This document shows, one piece after another, positions 26,307-35,162 of a DNA stretch of 64,000 nucleotides. Below the pieces are notes generated by a model. The model was not told the DNA's origin and ran no database searches. It saw nothing but the letters and a program-made list of their open reading frames with translations. Source of the DNA: Bryobacterales bacterium (GTDB lineage: Bacteria; Acidobacteriota; Terriglobia; Bryobacterales; Bryobacteraceae); assembly GCA_963843255.1 (NCBI GenBank), contig CAWJJQ010000002.1, positions 78,000 through 141,999 of the forward strand. The letters run 5' to 3'. Both the position numbers and the translations under genes were made by a program. The stretch's first letter is position 1. Each line of letters begins with the position of its first letter.

Positions 26307-26738
26307 TTAAACAGATTTGAGGAGCCCGATGGTGTTGCCATCGAGATCGGCAAACCAGGCAAATGTGCCGGTGGGAATTTTAATGGGTGGAACCAGCACT
26401 TTTCCGCCCAGGGCCACGGCCTTATCCAGGTACGCCTGGACGTCTTCCACTTCGACGTAGAACATGGTGTAGTGATGCGGTTCGTGGTTGAGCGCGGTAA
26501 TGTGTCCGGGAATGCCGCTATGACCTTGGGCGTCGATCATAGAGGCGGGGCCGCTGGTCTGCATCTGCCAGCCGAACAACTCCGCGAAGAAGCGGTCTGT
26601 CTTGGCCAGGTCGCGGCAGCCGATCTCAAAATGCACGACGGGATGTTTGGGCGATTGACTCCAGGCGGGCAACACGGCGGAAGCCAGCGTCAGAGCCGCA
26701 CGACGGGTATACAGATTTGCAGGTCGAATGTGTTCCAT
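26307..26738 (-). CDS. VOC/glyoxalase family protein, possible Tat signal
   Basis: 'VVHFEIGCRDLAKTDRFFAELFGW', 'YVEVEDVQAYLDKAVALGGKVLVPP...FAWFADLDGNTIGL'. N-terminal 'YTRRAALTLASAVLPAWS'. Overlaps the upstream AraC gene by 49 nt, so GTG 26675 is an alternative start. Confidence 0.8.
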   Translation of the reverse strand: MEHIRPANLYTRRAALTLASAVLPAWSQSPKHPVVHFEIGCRDLAKTDRFFAELFGWQMQTSGPASMIDAQGHSGIPGHITALNHEPHHYTMFYVEVEDVQAYLDKAVALGGKVLVPPIKIPTGTFAWFADLDGNTIGLLKSV

Positions 26739-27670
26739 CCTATTTCCTCCGGAAGTCGTACGAACATCTCCATAGCCGGCAGATCGTCCGGCTCATAGGC
26801 GTGCGACGGGAGCCAGACGCGGTACAGATAGTGCCAGGCGCGCTCCACGTGGGCAAGGTCTCCGGCGCAGCGGATAGCCGCCACCGGCCGAGGCTCGAAA
26901 TCTCGTATGGTAAGGCCTGCCGCATCGCATTCCGGCCGGGCGGGCAACGATACGCGAGGGGCCTGCGCACGGCGTCCGCGGGAACGGACAGTCTCGCCCA
27001 GCAGGCCACCCGGCGCGCGCGGGAAGGCGATGCCGAGATCGTAGCGGCAATTCTCGGCGGGCGTGATGGAAGGGTCGTCGAGCGACATGCCGATGAAAAC
27101 CACATCCCGGAGATCGGTGTGCCTTTGGGCCAGCCACGCCGTGAGCGCGTGGTAGCTATCCACCAGCCGGGTGCTGGCGTAGGGCGCGTAGATGCGGGTG
27201 TACACATAGCGGAAGGCATGGAAGCGCTGGTTGCGAACCTTTACGTTGCGGTCCGCTTTCCAGCGTTCCAACTCCTCTACAGTATGGAACGACAGCATTC
27301 CCGGCGCTTTGCAGATCTTGCTTTTTTCGAGCGGGCTGCGCCGGTCCCAGGAGCTGGCAGTACGGCCGAAGTGCTGTTTGAACGCGCGGGAGAATTCGGC
27401 GGCTCCCGGAAAGCCGGTCTCTAGGGCCACATTGGTGATGCGTCTGCCGGGCGAGGTGCGCAATAGCAAGGCTGCCCTCTCCAGGCGCACGCGCCGCACA
27501 TGGGTATTCAGGGTCTCGCCGGTGATGCCCTGAAAGACGCGGTGGAAATGGAAAGGCGAAAAGCAGCCGATGGCGGATAGCTGGCCGAGCGAAAGGTCGC
27601 TGTCGAGATGCTGCGCGATGTAGTCGAGCACACGATTGACGCGATCGTGATAGTGCTGGTTGCGGCGCAT
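26690..27670 (-). CDS. AraC family regulator with GyrI-like effector-binding domain
   Basis: HTH 'LSLGQLSAIGCFSPFHFHRVFQGITGETLNTHVRRVRLERAA...ETGFPGAAEFSRAFKQHFG', followed by a ~190-aa GyrI-like C-terminal half. Confidence 0.88.
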   Translation of the reverse strand: MRRNQHYHDRVNRVLDYIAQHLDSDLSLGQLSAIGCFSPFHFHRVFQGITGETLNTHVRRVRLERAALLLRTSPGRRITNVALETGFPGAAEFSRAFKQHFGRTASSWDRRSPLEKSKICKAPGMLSFHTVEELERWKADRNVKVRNQRFHAFRYVYTRIYAPYASTRLVDSYHALTAWLAQRHTDLRDVVFIGMSLDDPSITPAENCRYDLGIAFPRAPGGLLGETVRSRGRRAQAPRVSLPARPECDAAGLTIRDFEPRPVAAIRCAGDLAHVERAWHYLYRVWLPSHAYEPDDLPAMEMFVRLPEEIGWNTFDLQICIPVVRL

Positions 27671-27724
27671 CCGGGGGGCGAGGGTACAGCCTAACAGGAT
27701 AGCGTACAGGCGGCCGGCGGCCGG

Positions 27725-29338
27725 TCAGGAGCAGCAGACGGCTTCGGCAGCGTTCAAAGGCTCTGGGTTAGACGGTTCGTCGAGAGGCACAGCGAACTGG
27801 CGCTCGATCTGTTCGCGGTAGACGCGGCCGGAATTATACGAACAGAATGGATAGATGAGGCCGTTGGGCGCGGCGTAGTGGATGACGCAGCGTTTCACGC
27901 GCTCGATATCGTAGTTGTACGAATCCATAAAGTGCATGCCGGCGACCATCAAAGTGCGGTATGTGAAGCCCTGGTTTTCGAGCTTGCCGCGGCCGTAGCG
28001 CTTGTCGGTCATGCCCTGGAGGGTTTGCAGGAACTTGGTGAAGGTCAGGCCCGCGGGGGCTTTCTCCGCGTGAAAGTACTTGCGCAGGATATTCCAGCTT
28101 TCGAATTTTGAAAACAGCTTGACGCGGCGGTTCTCGGTCTTGCGGGCAAGGGTGTCCATGGCCTGAAGCATGGCCCCGACCTCCACGAAGCGGGTGACGG
28201 GAACGGCCCGGCGGTTCTGATCGACGAACAGGTAGGTGCCCAGCGAGCAATGCGGATGGCAGGTCAGGGTGGTGGTCTGCTCGCCGCGCATGGCGCTGAG
28301 TAGTTTCGAAAACGGCGAGACACAAGCGAGCGGGAACCAATCTTCGTAGGGATCGCAGATGCCGGTCTGGGTTTTGACGGCGTGGGCGAAATCGGAGAGG
28401 GTGAAGCGTTTGGCTTCCAGGTCGCGGCGGGCGATGCGGCCAGTGAAGGCCACGGGCTGAAAGCTGATGCCGCTGGTGCAATCGATGTTTTCGAGCGCCA
28501 GCCGGATGATATCGCCGATCTGGTGGTCGTTCAGGCCTTTGACGATGGTGGGGACAAAGACGATTTTCAGGTTGGCCTTGCGCACGTTCTCGATGGCGCG
28601 GAGTTTCTGCTCCCACAGCGAGCGGCCGCGCGTGCGCCGGTAAACGTCGTCGCAGACACCGTCGAACTGAAGGTAGAGCGTGTGCAGTCCGGCTTCCTTG
28701 GCTTGTTGCGCAAATTCGAGGTCGGTGAACTTCAGGCCGTTGGTGGCAACCTGGAGGTGCGAGAACCCCATGTTACGGGCCATGCGGAGGACATCGAAGA
28801 AGCGCGGATAAATGGTCGGCTCGCCACCCGAGAATTGCACGATTCGCCCGGCTACTGGCTCCTCCGCGCGGAGAGCGCCCAGCATGCCGCGCACCTGTTC
28901 AAAGTCGGGCTCGTAGACGTACCCGGCAGCATTGGCGTTGGCGAAGCACACTGGGCACGTGAGGTTGCAGCGATTGGTAAGGTCGATATTGGCCAAGCCC
29001 GTGTGGCTGGTGTGCAGGTTGCAGAGACCGCAATCGTCGGGACAGGTGGTGGCATTCTGGACGGCAGGGTTCAACAGGCCGCGGCTGTCACCGAAAGTCC
29101 AGTCTTCCATTTTGAGGTAAAGGCGCGCGTCGGAGAACACGATGTCGCGGAATTCGCCATGACTGGGGCAGGATTTCTGCATGATCACGCGACCGTCCTC
29201 TTCGAAGATCTGGGCGGGGATCAGCAGCGTGCACTCGGGGCAGAGGGACTGGGTAGTCTTGGGTAGGCCTTTCCGAAGCGGCTGGATGGGCGAACCACAA
29301 TATGTAGTTTCGGGTTGTATTACCTTAAACTCTGCCAT
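27725..29338 (-). CDS. radical SAM enzyme, Tes/GDGT-MAS-like (tetraether lipid synthase family candidate)
   Basis: Radical SAM 'DLTNRCNLTCPVCFANA' (CxxxCxxC). N-terminal Cys/His ribbon 'TQSLCPECTLLIPAQIFEEDGRVIMQKSCPSHGEF'. 'CPDDCGLCNLHTSHT' precedes the SAM motif. C-terminal 'CHPHCSLGTYLF'. The CDS and radical SAM call are firm; the subfamily call is from recalled architecture only. Confidence 0.85.
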   Translation of the reverse strand: MAEFKVIQPETTYCGSPIQPLRKGLPKTTQSLCPECTLLIPAQIFEEDGRVIMQKSCPSHGEFRDIVFSDARLYLKMEDWTFGDSRGLLNPAVQNATTCPDDCGLCNLHTSHTGLANIDLTNRCNLTCPVCFANANAAGYVYEPDFEQVRGMLGALRAEEPVAGRIVQFSGGEPTIYPRFFDVLRMARNMGFSHLQVATNGLKFTDLEFAQQAKEAGLHTLYLQFDGVCDDVYRRTRGRSLWEQKLRAIENVRKANLKIVFVPTIVKGLNDHQIGDIIRLALENIDCTSGISFQPVAFTGRIARRDLEAKRFTLSDFAHAVKTQTGICDPYEDWFPLACVSPFSKLLSAMRGEQTTTLTCHPHCSLGTYLFVDQNRRAVPVTRFVEVGAMLQAMDTLARKTENRRVKLFSKFESWNILRKYFHAEKAPAGLTFTKFLQTLQGMTDKRYGRGKLENQGFTYRTLMVAGMHFMDSYNYDIERVKRCVIHYAAPNGLIYPFCSYNSGRVYREQIERQFAVPLDEPSNPEPLNAAEAVCCS

Positions 29339-29489
29339 TTAAGCATTGTAAAAAAGCGCTTGGAGATCAATGAACTGGGAGGGGCCGGAGTGCGGATTTT
29401 GCGGGTCGTACGGGGATTTGGGGGTGGCGAACGGCGGCATTCGGCCGCTAGGTGCTGGGTTAGGGGTGCCTGTGCGATACTTCTATTGA

Positions 29490-29774
29490 GTGAAGCTTCG
29501 ATTTACTGCCTGGCTGGTGGCTGTCCTTACCGTGGTGGCCGCGTCTTTGGGCGTTCCGGCTTCACGCATGGTTCCGGCGCGGGCTTCCTGGGAGATTGTC
29601 TGCGTCGATCGGGCGGTGCGGCGTGCGGAGCGGCGGATCAAGCTACCGTCCGCCGGCTTGCCTCGAGTCGGACCGGCGACGGTGCATGTCCCGTTTGATG
29701 AAGCGCTGGCCGCCGATCCGCGGCTTGATTGGTCCTTATTCCAGCGGCCGCCTCCCTCTTCCCTTCCCGTTTAA
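29490..29774 (+). CDS. possible small secreted protein upstream of the secA paralog
   Basis: GTG start. 'MKLRFTAWLVAVLTVVAASLG' is signal-like. 94 aa, ending 32 nt before the secA paralog ATG. No homolog recognised, so weak. Confidence 0.25.
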   Translation: MKLRFTAWLVAVLTVVAASLGVPASRMVPARASWEIVCVDRAVRRAERRIKLPSAGLPRVGPATVHVPFDEALAADPRLDWSLFQRPPPSSLPV

Positions 29775-29806
29775 CCACACAACCAAAAAATACTGAGGAG
29801 GGAAAT

Positions 29807-31930
29807 ATGTTTGCATTTCTACGTTCTATGGCTGCGCCTGCGCGGCGCGACGGGGCTTCTGTCCGTCAGATCAACGCGTGGCGCGGCGAATTCGCCCGTA
29901 TGCCAGACGACGATTTGCGGTCAGCCGCAAAACGGGCGAAAGACCTGGTCCAGTTCATGGCTGTGACGGCGGTGGTGGCGGCGCGCCTGCTCGGCCAAGA
30001 GATGTTCGATGTCCAACTGCGGGGCGCGCTGGCGCTGCTGCGCGGCAGCATTGCCGAGATGCAGACCGGCGAAGGCAAGACGCTGGCAGCCGTGCCGGCG
30101 ATTGCGTGGCTGGCATGCCAGGGGAAGGGCGTCCACGTAATGACGGTGAACGACTACCTGGCGCGGCGCGACGCCCGGTGGATGGGCCCTATTTACGACT
30201 TCCTGGGGCTTTCGGTGGGCTACATCCAGCAGGGAATGCCGGCGGCGGAGCGGCGGGCCGCCTACGTTTGCGATATCACCTATGCGACGGCCAACGAGGT
30301 GGGCTTCGATTTTCTGCGCGACCGGCTGGCGCTCGACACGACGGACCAGGTCCACCGGCCGTTCGCGGCGGCAGTGATCGACGAGGCGGATTCCATCCTG
30401 ATCGACGAAGCGCGCGTGCCGCTGGTGATCGCGGGAGGTAATAGCGGGGACGCGGGCCTGGCATACGGCGCGGACCGGGTGGTGCGCCCGTTGCGCGAGG
30501 AGCAGCACTACACGGTAGATGTGGGGGCGCACAACGTGGCGCTCACGGATTGCGGCATCCAGGCGGTAGAGGAAGCCTGCGGGTGCGGCAACCTGTTCGA
30601 GGAGCGCAATCTGCGGCTGCACACCGCGGTGCAGGATGCGCTGCATGCGCACGCGCTGCTGCGCCGCGACGTGGATTACGTGGTGAAGAACGGCGCCATC
30701 GAGATGGTGGACGAATTCAAAGGCCGCATCGTGGAGAACCGGCGCTGGCCGGCCGGACTGCACACGGCGGTGGAGGCGAAGGAAGGAGTGATCCCCAGGT
30801 CGCAGGGGACCATCCTGGGGTCGATCACCTTGCAGCACCTGATCGCGCAGTATCCGCAGTTGTGCGGGATGACCGGCACGGCGTCCACGCAGGCGCAGGA
30901 ATTCAGGCGGGTGTACGGGCTGCAGGTGGAGACCATTCCGACCAACCGGCCGGTGGTGCGGGTGGATCATCCGGACGTGATCTTCCCTACCAGGGCGGAG
31001 AAGGAGCGAGCCATCGCGGAGGAGATCCGGCGGGTCCACGCGACGGGCCGGCCAGTGCTGGTGGGTACGGCGAGCGTGGCGGATTCCGAGGCGCTGAGCG
31101 GCGTGCTGGCGGATATTCCGCACCAAGTGCTGAATGCGCGCAACGACGAACGGGAGGCGGCCATCGTGGCGCGCGCAGGTCATCGCGGCGCGGTGACGAT
31201 CTCGACCAACATGGCGGGCCGCGGCACCGATATCCAGCTGGGCGACGGAGTGGCGGCGCTGGGCGGGCTGTATGTGATCGGCACCAACAAGCACGAGAGC
31301 CGGCGGATCGACAATCAGTTGCGGGGACGCGCGGGACGGCAGGGGGACGCGGGTTCTTCGTGCTTCTTCATTTCGCTGGAGGACGAGCTGATGGAGAAGT
31401 ATGGCGACCTGGACCCGCGATACCGGGATGATCCGGCCAGCGTGCAGAGGCTGGTGGAGGGGCGGCACCTGGATACGCGGCAGTTTCTGCACACCTACGA
31501 CATGCCGCTAGAGGGGCAGCGACAGCGCATTCATGGCTACCGCCAGGAGGTGCTGGAGGGGCGGACGTCCGTCGCGACCGAGTTGGAACGGCTGGTTACA
31601 CTGCGTACCATCGATGATGAATGGGCGGATTACCTGGCGCGGGTGGCGGATTTCCGGAGCGGCGTCCACTGGCTGGCTTGGGGCGGTCGGAATCCGCACT
31701 TCGAATATTTGCAGAAGATCGACGAGTGGTTTTCGGAGATGGAGGCGGGGTTGCCACGGGAGATTGCCCGGCGGGTGGCGGAGGCTCAGGATGGCGGTGG
31801 GCCGGATCCTCGCGAGCGGGGAGCGGTCTGGACTTATTTGACTACGGATCAGCCGTTCGGATCGTTAACGGAGCGGATTGTACGGGGGATACAGAAGAAA
31901 GCCCGGGCTCGCTTCGCTCGGTCGGCCTGA
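29807..31930 (+). CDS. secA: SecA-family translocase ATPase, short form (707 aa; SecA2-like paralog candidate)
   Basis: 'MQTGEGKTL' Walker A, 'IDEADSILIDEARVPLVIAG', 'TNMAGRGTDIQLG', 'HESRRIDNQLRGRAGRQGDAGSS'. ATG 29807 with SD GAGGAGGG. Short PPXD and C-terminal region, and no Cys-rich zinc tail. Confidence 0.9.
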   Translation: MFAFLRSMAAPARRDGASVRQINAWRGEFARMPDDDLRSAAKRAKDLVQFMAVTAVVAARLLGQEMFDVQLRGALALLRGSIAEMQTGEGKTLAAVPAIAWLACQGKGVHVMTVNDYLARRDARWMGPIYDFLGLSVGYIQQGMPAAERRAAYVCDITYATANEVGFDFLRDRLALDTTDQVHRPFAAAVIDEADSILIDEARVPLVIAGGNSGDAGLAYGADRVVRPLREEQHYTVDVGAHNVALTDCGIQAVEEACGCGNLFEERNLRLHTAVQDALHAHALLRRDVDYVVKNGAIEMVDEFKGRIVENRRWPAGLHTAVEAKEGVIPRSQGTILGSITLQHLIAQYPQLCGMTGTASTQAQEFRRVYGLQVETIPTNRPVVRVDHPDVIFPTRAEKERAIAEEIRRVHATGRPVLVGTASVADSEALSGVLADIPHQVLNARNDEREAAIVARAGHRGAVTISTNMAGRGTDIQLGDGVAALGGLYVIGTNKHESRRIDNQLRGRAGRQGDAGSSCFFISLEDELMEKYGDLDPRYRDDPASVQRLVEGRHLDTRQFLHTYDMPLEGQRQRIHGYRQEVLEGRTSVATELERLVTLRTIDDEWADYLARVADFRSGVHWLAWGGRNPHFEYLQKIDEWFSEMEAGLPREIARRVAEAQDGGGPDPRERGAVWTYLTTDQPFGSLTERIVRGIQKKARARFARSA

Positions 31931-31992
31931 GAGGCCTCTGCAGGCCTAGGGCCTGCCTCACGGCGAGTGATAGACTGGAACCCTAGTCAGCC

Positions 31993-32550
31993 ATGATTAC
32001 TGCGGAAGGTTGTCTTAGCGGTGAAGAGCGCGCGCATTTGGTGCAACTTCTACGCGACTCGGAGATCGAATTTTTAGGGCTCGTTTCCGCGCTGACGGAA
32101 GCTCAGTGGGCGGGACGGCCGGCGCCGGACCGCTGGTCGGTGCAGCAGATCGCCGAGCACCTGGTGCTGGGGGAGGCGGGCATGCTCCTCAAGATTAAAG
32201 AAGCGATGGCGGCGCCGCCACGTCCCGATTGGGCGGAGCAGGACGCGCGCAAGGCCAAATTTCTGGATCGTGTGCTGCCGGACCGCAACCTCAAAGCTGC
32301 GGCGCCCGCGCCTCTCCATCCGCACCGCGGCTGGACGCGCGAAGAGACCGTATCGCGGTACCAGGCGGGGCGCGTGAAGACGCTGGCGTGCGCTCAGGAA
32401 TTGGACCGTCCATGGAAAAGCCACGTTTCCGAACACCCCTTCCCGGTTTTCGATATGCTAAACGCTTACCACTGGCTGCTTTACATTCCGCTGCACAACG
32501 TACGGCACAACCAGCAGATTGCTGAAGTGCTGAAGGATCTTGCTCTGTGA
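31993..32550 (+). CDS. DinB family protein
   Basis: 185 aa four-helix pattern with His ligands 'IAEHLVLGE' and 'IPLHNVRHNQQIAEV'. Confidence 0.75.
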   Translation: MITAEGCLSGEERAHLVQLLRDSEIEFLGLVSALTEAQWAGRPAPDRWSVQQIAEHLVLGEAGMLLKIKEAMAAPPRPDWAEQDARKAKFLDRVLPDRNLKAAAPAPLHPHRGWTREETVSRYQAGRVKTLACAQELDRPWKSHVSEHPFPVFDMLNAYHWLLYIPLHNVRHNQQIAEVLKDLAL

Positions 32551-33320
32551 GAACGATAGTAATAACCGGAGGCGGCGCGGGCATCGGCCGGGCGGTGGCG
32601 ATGGCCTGCGCGGCGCGCGGCGATCGCGTGGCGGTGCTGGATATCGATGGCAGCGCAGCCCGCGACGCAGCCGAGGCGGTGCGGGCGGCGGGCGCGGATG
32701 CGGCTCTGGGGATTGCTTGCGACGTCTCGCGCGAGGACCACATCGCGCGCGCTTTTGAGCAAACAGCTTCCCAACTGGGGCCACTTTACGGCGCTTTCGC
32801 CAATGCGGGCATGGACACCGGCGCATTTGTGCACGAATTACCGTACGAGACCTGGAAACGGGTAATCGAGACCAACCTGACGGGGATTTATCTAACCTGC
32901 AAATACGCGCTGCAGGACCTGCTGAAGTCGGGCAACGCGGGTTCGCTGGTGTGCACGTCATCCCCGGGAGCGTCGGTATCTTTCGCGGCGGGCGGCGCGG
33001 GGGCTTACAGCGCATCCAAAGGCGGGGTTTCGGCGTTGGTGCGATGCATGGCCATCGAATATGCGCGGCGCGGCATCCGGGTGAACGCGGTGGTGCCGGG
33101 CGCCACCGAAACCAGACTGATGTGGGCCAATGTGAAGCCGGAGGACATGCCGGAGATGCGGCGGCGGATTTGCGAGGAAATACCGGTGGGGCGGCTGGCG
33201 AATCCAGACGAGATCGCGCGGCCAGTGGTGTGGTTGTTGTCGGATGAATCGTCGTATGTGACGGGGTCGCACCTGGTATGCGATGGGGGCATCCTGGCGA
33301 AGGCTTGCATCAGCGTTTAG
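32547..33320 (+). CDS. SDR family oxidoreductase
   Basis: 'VITGGGAGIGRAVA', 'NAG', 'YSASKGGV', 'PG...T'. GTG start in a GTGA overlap with the dinB-like stop. Confidence 0.9.
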   Translation: MRTIVITGGGAGIGRAVAMACAARGDRVAVLDIDGSAARDAAEAVRAAGADAALGIACDVSREDHIARAFEQTASQLGPLYGAFANAGMDTGAFVHELPYETWKRVIETNLTGIYLTCKYALQDLLKSGNAGSLVCTSSPGASVSFAAGGAGAYSASKGGVSALVRCMAIEYARRGIRVNAVVPGATETRLMWANVKPEDMPEMRRRICEEIPVGRLANPDEIARPVVWLLSDESSYVTGSHLVCDGGILAKACISV

Positions 33321-33552
33321 AAGCGCGGAAGGTAAGAGCGACCGTCCAATCCCGGCCTCCTTCACCGCAGAAGGAAGCCGGGAATGGCGACCCGGAAAGA
33401 GGGTGGAAGCCCGCCGCGGCCTCCGCTCTGCTCCTCGTCCGGACAACCATCGCCGATTGTCGCGGCAGGCCTTACTCAAGGGCGCCGAGGTCCGGGCCGC
33501 CAACAGCCGACGCAAACCGGCTGTAGACGAGAGAAGCTCAACGACGCTTCTC

Positions 33553-33580
33553 GAAGGGCGTTGCCCCAACGCCCTTCTTT
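33553..33580 (+). terminator. strong hairpin with short T tract in the SDR-clpP intergenic region
   Basis: GAAGGGCGTTG-ccc-CAACGCCCTTC (perfect 11 bp) followed by TTT. It lies about 230 nt after the SDR stop. Confidence 0.45.
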
Positions 33581-33902
33581 GACTCCAATGTGTCACAACG
33601 ACTTCGGGCGGCAAGCCAGGCTTTAACGTAAGCCATTGAAATGACAAGCACAAAAACTGAAATCGCGGCGTGACTCGCGGTATGTGGCCGAATTGCTTGG
33701 GCTTACTCCAAGCTGTCAGCCTGATCTTCTTCAGCTTCGCCGTGGATCTCGACGGTATCTTCCGCGTCGTCTGGTTCCGGCGGCTTTGGGGGACGGCGAT
33801 GCCGGTCGCCCGCGGGGTAGTGTGACTCGTGCGGATCGACGTCACGCCACTCAACACCTGTGACGTTCATGCCAAACAGATCGGCTGAATGCGTGCGCGA
33901 CT

Positions 33903-34523
33903 TTACTTGCTTAGGGGCACCGGGACCAGGTCACGGCTGGCGATGACCCGGTCGATCATGCCATATTCCACGCCCTGTTCGGGGCTCATAATGTAGTCGC
34001 GATCCACGTCGCGCGCGATCCGGTCGACAGGCTGGCCAGTGGCGTCGGCGAGGAGCGAATTGAGTGTCTCGCGCATGCGCAGGATTTCCTTAGCGTAGAT
34101 ATCGATGTCCGCGGCCTGGCCCGCCAGTCCCTGCATGGAGGGCTGGTGGATCATGATACGAGAGTTGGGAAGGCTAAAACGCTTGCCCTTGGTGCCTTTG
34201 GCCAGCAGCACGGCGGCCATGGAAGCGGCCTGTCCGACGCAGATGGTGACGATATCGGGCCGGATGAAATCCATGGTGTCGAGGATGGCGAGGCCGGCGG
34301 TGATGGATCCGCCCGGGGAGTTGATATAGATAGAAACGTCTTTCTCCGGATCCTCGGCCTCCAGGAACAGCAGTTGGGCGATCACCAGGTTGGCGACATT
34401 ATCGTCGATGGGGGTGCCCAGGAATATGATGTTTTCTTTTAGTAAGCGGGAGTAGATATCGTACGCGCGCTCCCCACGGGAGGTTTGCTCAACCACCATG
34501 GGGACCAAGACAGACTGACCCAT
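33903..34523 (-). CDS. clpP: ATP-dependent Clp protease proteolytic subunit ClpP
   Basis: '[19 protein letters not shown]', '[11 protein letters not shown]', catalytic '[11 protein letters not shown]', 'IMIHQP', '[18 protein letters not shown]'. ATG 34523 lies 6 nt after AAGGAG. Confidence 0.93.
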   Translation of the reverse strand: MGQSVLVPMVVEQTSRGERAYDIYSRLLKENIIFLGTPIDDNVANLVIAQLLFLEAEDPEKDVSIYINSPGGSITAGLAILDTMDFIRPDIVTICVGQAASMAAVLLAKGTKGKRFSLPNSRIMIHQPSMQGLAGQAADIDIYAKEILRMRETLNSLLADATGQPVDRIARDVDRDYIMSPEQGVEYGMIDRVIASRDLVPVPLSK

Positions 34524-34583
34524 TAGACTCTCCTTAAGCGCTCCCCGAAGGGACACGACTCACAAAATATTTGATGCAACAGA

Positions 34584-35051
34584 TTACCGGCGGGTGGCAA
34601 CGGTACGCTTGGTCTTACGCTGTTTGGCAAGCGATTTGCGTTTTTGGTCCAGAGCCTTCACCAAGTCGGCGATCGTGTTCTTCTCCAAATAATCTATGAT
34701 ACGCGTTCGGAGGGCCACCCAGCTATCGTGCATGGAGCAAGGCATCTCGTCGGAGCATTCCGACAGGCCGCTGGCGCAAGCCGTATACTGCGACATACCG
34801 TCGAGAGCTTCCACGATATCCCACAGCTTCACATCCTCGGGAGGTACGCGCAGGGCGAAACCGCCCGTGGGACCTTTGCTCGAGCGCAACAACCCCTTAC
34901 GCGCAAGCTGCTGCAGGATTTTAGCCAGGAAGTGCGCGGGAATGTCCTCCTGCTCCGCGATGTTCTTTACCATCGCGTATTTGCCGTCAGGCACCTGAGC
35001 CAGGTGAACAAAAGCCCGGATGGCATATTCAGCGGACCGAGAGTAAATCAT
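34584..35051 (-). CDS. Rrf2 family transcriptional regulator (Cys-containing, IscR/NsrR-like)
   Basis: 'MIYSRSAEYAIRAFVHLA...IAEQEDIPAHFLAKILQQLARKGLLRSSKGPTGGFAL' and a Cys cluster 'CASGLSECSDEMPCSMH'. Confidence 0.9.
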   Translation of the reverse strand: MIYSRSAEYAIRAFVHLAQVPDGKYAMVKNIAEQEDIPAHFLAKILQQLARKGLLRSSKGPTGGFALRVPPEDVKLWDIVEALDGMSQYTACASGLSECSDEMPCSMHDSWVALRTRIIDYLEKNTIADLVKALDQKRKSLAKQRKTKRTVATRR

Positions 35052-35162
35052 CCTTTTTAGACTCCCTCCAATTCGGAGTTATCCACATCGTTATCTTAAA
35101 CTTATATCTACCTCAGATGCAAGGGGATTCGCATCCGGCCGAAATGCGTTAACAAAATCTTA

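Noticed and set aside
29921-31492. 523-aa ORF on the minus strand opposite the secA paralog
   Set aside because: It is antisense to a gene with unmistakable SecA motifs. The translation is Arg/Pro/His/Gln-rich with no recognisable domain. This is a typical shadow ORF of GC-rich DNA.
33350-33380. SRP (4.5S) RNA-like 'GAAGGAAGC' segment
   Set aside because: It lacks the GGAA tetraloop context and the symmetric and asymmetric loop sequences of SRP domain IV. The similarity is limited to a 9-mer.
32958-33857. 299-aa minus-strand ORF covering the SDR 3' end and the following spacer
   Set aside because: It is extremely Arg/Pro/Ser-rich, overlaps the well-supported SDR gene, and has no start context.
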